Shown: positions 24,140 through 24,749 of the stretch, piece by piece | Numbering within the stretch: the first letter of the stretch is position 1 | How the letters are laid out: each line of letters starts with the position of its first letter | Virus record (IMG/VR): IMGVR_UViG_3300012667_000075 | Location: 1-24,749 of that record | Direction: 5' to 3' (one strand) | Length of the DNA: 24,749 nucleotides | From: a virus | Taxonomy: Duplodnaviria > Caudoviricetes | Notes under the pieces: model-generated | Database searches by the model: none | Told to the model about the DNA's origin: nothing | Seen by the model: the letters and a program-made list of their open reading frames with translations, nothing else | Program-made: the position numbers and the translations under genes

Positions 24140-24271
24140 TTATTTTGTAATTACTCGCAAGCAATACATCCAAGAATGGTCTGTACGACATTCATCCCAC
24201 AGCATCAATTCATACCAGATGCCAAACACAATAAAAGCAATACAAATTAGAAAAAAAATAATTGCTCTCAT
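24140..24271 (-). CDS. Small membrane protein, 43 aa
   Basis: MRAIIFFLICIAFIVFGIWYELMLWDECRTDHSWMYCLRVITK; ATGA overlap at 24268-24271; shorter than the track call. Confidence 0.6.
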   Translation of the reverse strand: MRAIIFFLICIAFIVFGIWYELMLWDECRTDHSWMYCLRVITK

Positions 24272-24381
24272 AGCGGAGCCTCTGGCAGTTGTGCGCGTTG
24301 CGCTTGTTGGTACGCTTGTTCTTGTGCTTTTGTCCAAGGAACTGGTGGAAAGTTTGAGAAAGGCCAATTAGTCAATGTCAT
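24268..24381 (-). CDS. Small Pro/Gln-rich hypothetical peptide, about 37 aa
   Basis: MTLTNWPFSNFPPVPWTKAQEQAYQQAQRAQLPEAPL; fills the gap between two coupled genes; start uncertain (24381 or 24390). Confidence 0.55.
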   Translation of the reverse strand: MTLTNWPFSNFPPVPWTKAQEQAYQQAQRAQLPEAPL

Positions 24382-24520
24382 AGCAGTCATCCACTTCTTT
24401 CTCAACAGGCTCAACGCCTGAACCGTGACAGTGTTTGCAGGTTGAACCATCCCACATCCCTTCGCCTGAACCGCTGCACCATGTGCAATCTTCGTAATCG
24501 TCATCTTCGTATTCGTTCAT
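24368..24520 (-). CDS. DnaJ-type zinc-finger mini-protein, 50 aa (not in ORF track)
   Basis: Hand translation MNEYEDDDYEDCTWCSGSGEGMWDGSTCKHCHGSGVEPVEKEVDDCYDID*; two CxxCxGxG motifs; ATGA overlap and GAGGTGA SD. Confidence 0.8.
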   Translation of the reverse strand: MNEYEDDDYEDCTWCSGSGEGMWDGSTCKHCHGSGVEPVEKEVDDCYDID

Positions 24521-24705
24521 GGCTTCACCTCTGCATCAACAATGCGAATCAATGCGGCAATCATGTCTTTGGCTTGTTCTATGTTCAAGCTGACATGACA
24601 CCTAGCGGCTTCAGTCACCAAGCCAACCCAAACGTGACCATCGTATAAGTCCACGTTTACATGACGGCGCTTGTGTATCGTTTCAATTTTCGTATCGAGT
24701 TCCAT
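24517..24705 (-). CDS. Hypothetical protein (about 62 aa)
   Basis: Start moved to ATG 24705 (MELDTK) after GAAAGG; stop overlaps the next start. Confidence 0.6.
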   Translation of the reverse strand: MELDTKIETIHKRRHVNVDLYDGHVWVGLVTEAARCHVSLNIEQAKDMIAALIRIVDAEVKP

Positions 24706-24749
24706 TTCATAGCCTTTCATTTACGTTCATTTACTCGTTCTCTTACCGC

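Noticed and set aside
24140-24504. Long track versions 24268..24504 and 24140..24367
   Set aside because: Their N-terminal extensions overlap better-supported genes; shorter starts give short or ATGA overlaps.
363-24648. All plus-strand ORFs in the track (for example 14642..15268, 20216..20746, 2434..2952, 10118..10618)
   Set aside because: Each lies antisense to a well-supported minus-strand gene, has no recognisable motif and reads like a shadow frame.
1-24749. Stop-codon reassignment, tRNA genes or integrase
   Set aside because: The standard code gives near-complete coding density with intact core genes; the intergenic gaps are short and show no cloverleaf; no recombinase motifs seen.

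Overview
This window is a densely packed 24.7-kb fragment of a tailed dsDNA phage (or prophage) with podovirus-type, P22/SU10-like architecture. Every credible gene is on the minus strand. In transcription order (right to left) it has: (1) a translationally coupled nin-like cluster of small genes (DnaJ-type Zn-finger peptide, VRR-NUC-like nuclease, DUF3310, NinB, DUF968/Ref-like nuclease); (2) a free-standing HNH endonuclease between a near-consensus sigma70 promoter and an intrinsic terminator; (3) an accessory block ahead of the terminase (Cys-rich protein, DUF6496-like peptide, GT32 glycosyltransferase, FkbM methyltransferase, 205-aa unknown); (4) TerS, TerL, portal, an extra 458-aa Gly-rich protein, scaffold and major capsid protein; (5) a GT2-like glycosyltransferase inside the head-tail module, then adaptor and tail genes; (6) three putative DNA-ejection proteins, a tail fibre with a peptidase S74 chaperone and a small holin-like gene. 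The most interesting signal is two glycosyltransferases plus a methyltransferase embedded in the morphogenesis operon, a candidate virion glycosylation system. Five short genes and one partial gene missing from the ORF track were translated by hand, and several start codons were moved. Family calls come from motif recognition, not database searches. No tRNA, rRNA, CRISPR array or integrase was seen.
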